Below are positions 62,371 through 64,000 of a stretch of DNA of 64,000 nucleotides, in pieces. The notes under the pieces were generated by a model, which was not told where the DNA came from, did no database searches, and saw only the letters and a program-made list of their open reading frames with translations. Numbering within the stretch: the stretch's first letter is position 1; the number at the start of each line of letters is the position of its first letter. This DNA comes from Malacoraja senta (taxonomy: Eukaryota), in contig CM075991.1 of assembly GCA_038087875.1 (NCBI GenBank), positions 9,798,001 to 9,862,000 of the forward strand, in the 5' to 3' direction. Both the position numbers and the translations under genes were made by a program.

Positions 62371-63492
62371 GTAAGAGGTACGGGTCATGGAGAGGGCAGT
62401 GGACTATATGGTATCTCAAAACATTGGCGTGTGCGGTGAGTCACGGCCTCTCTCTCGTTCTGTCCATTGTTCATATATGTGTCAACACGGTCGTGGTGTG
62501 TGCGAGCATTAGGTTTCCTCTTCCTTGTTCTGAACGACCGCTTTAGCAACTAATTAACAGTTGGGCCAGCACTGCTTCCTGCATTGGCTTGGTCAGAATA
62601 TCTCCTTAGGGTGGAAGCAAGAGAACCACAAGTTCAATAACCTAATGAAGCACCTTGAATGAGTTAGCCGAAAATAATCTGGATACACAGAGTGGAGAGG
62701 AAAGACCTGCTTCCACTGACAGCGAGGTCAATAACCCGGGCTGATAGATTTTAAAATAATTGGGGTAAGGTAGTGTAGTAATTAAGTTACTGGGCTAGCA
62801 GCCAGACCATTGATCTGGAAACATGAGTTCAAAACCCACCACAGCCAGCTGGGGAATTTAAACACAAATGGATCTTGGACTTAAAAAAAAAACTCTCAGT
62901 AATAGTAACGATAAAACTATTGGATTGTCTGATTTACTAATGTCATTCTGGAAAGGAAGTTTTCCAGCCAAGGCAGGTGTGTCCTGGACGTAACTATTAA
63001 ACCATCTTATAGTTGACTCCTGACCTCTTAAATGCAGAGGAGGATCGGTTTGAAGAGTGAAGATAGATAGATTCTTGATTAGTTCAGAGGTTATGGGGAG
63101 GAGGCAGGAGAATGGGGTTAGGAAGGAGAGATAGATCAGCCATGATTGAATTGAATGGTGGATTACACTTGATGGGCTGAATGGCTTAATTCTACTCCTC
63201 TTCCTTATGACCTTCCTTAGATGACAATGCTGCTCACTTTAAATGTACGGAAGGATAATTAGAAGGAAGTTGTTCACCCAGTAGGTGGTCAGGTTGCCTG
63301 AAAAGGGGGTGAGGGCAGAAACTATCATGGCATTCAGAATGTTCCTGGATAGGGACACAATGCTCCATATTCTACAAGACTATGGACCAAGAAGGCAGGG
63401 AGGAGATACCTGACATAGAATGATGGGCTGAATGGCTTCCTTTGGTCCATATATATCTCCGATACCATGATGCATTTTACCACAAACTTCTC

Positions 63493-63725
63493 ATAGTGAA
63501 AAGCCTGGATAGAATGGATATGGAGAGGATGTTTCCACCAGCGGGAGAGTCTAGGACCAGAGGCCACAGCCTCAGAATAAAAGTACGGACCTTTAGAAAA
63601 GAGATGAGAAGGAATTTATTTAGTCAGAGCGTGGTGAATCTATGGAATTCATAGCCACAGAAGGCTGTGGAGGCCAAGTCAATGGATATTTTTACGGTGA
63701 AGATTGATAGGTTCTTGATTAGTAA
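63493..63725 (+). mobile_element. CR1-like 3' fragment
   Basis: IVKSLDRMDMERMFPPAGESRTRGHSLRIKVRTFRKEMRRNLFSQSVVNLWNS. Confidence 0.9.
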
Positions 63726-64000
63726 AGGGCCTGTCCCACTGTACGAGGTAATTTAAGAGTTCTCCCGAGTTTTCCCCTGATTCCAACTCGGAGAATGTCC
63801 GTAGTGGGTCCGTAGGAGTTCGTGGATGTCTCGTAGCGGCTCGTACAAGTAAAAAGTAACAATTTTTTTCATCACAAGTTATTTTTTTACTCGTGGACAT
63901 TTTTCACAGTGTTGAAAAAAACGTCACGAGTTTACCGGATTTCCCGAGTACCTACCGTTACTCGTACGAGCCGCGACGAGACATCCACGCGCTCCTACGG
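63726..64000. mobile_element. Harbinger-type MITE related to type A (opposite orientation), runs off the window
   Basis: TAA + agggcctgtcccactgtacga; matches the reverse complement of the right end of 2846-3162. Confidence 0.8.

Overview
Eukaryotic, essentially non-coding (intronic or intergenic) vertebrate DNA. The repeat content points to a cartilaginous fish, probably a skate or ray; this is inferred from HE1/V-SINE-type SINEs with HER1/CR1-type LINE partners. No host protein-coding gene is recognisable, and nearly all listed ORFs are TE remnants, microsatellite read-throughs or chance ORFs. The window is a dense, nested mosaic of about 30 tRNA-derived V-SINE copies, about 30 5'-truncated CR1-like LINE 3' ends, and Penelope-like (GIY-YIG) fragments. 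It also holds more than 30 short Penelope-derived elements carrying a minimal hammerhead motif (CTGAAGA..GAAACGTC), many palindromic and flanked by 10-15 bp TSDs. Also present are seven PIF/Harbinger-type MITEs of four internal types sharing one TIR, a non-autonomous Helitron, a bipartite RTE element, a 147-bp retroposon with an HDV-like ribozyme scaffold, L2 and Rex-Babar-like tails, long microsatellites and a 200-N gap. The most interesting signal is the co-occurrence of several small retroposons with ribozyme-like or structured-RNA cores. TE boundaries are read by eye and approximate unless a TSD or TIR is given.
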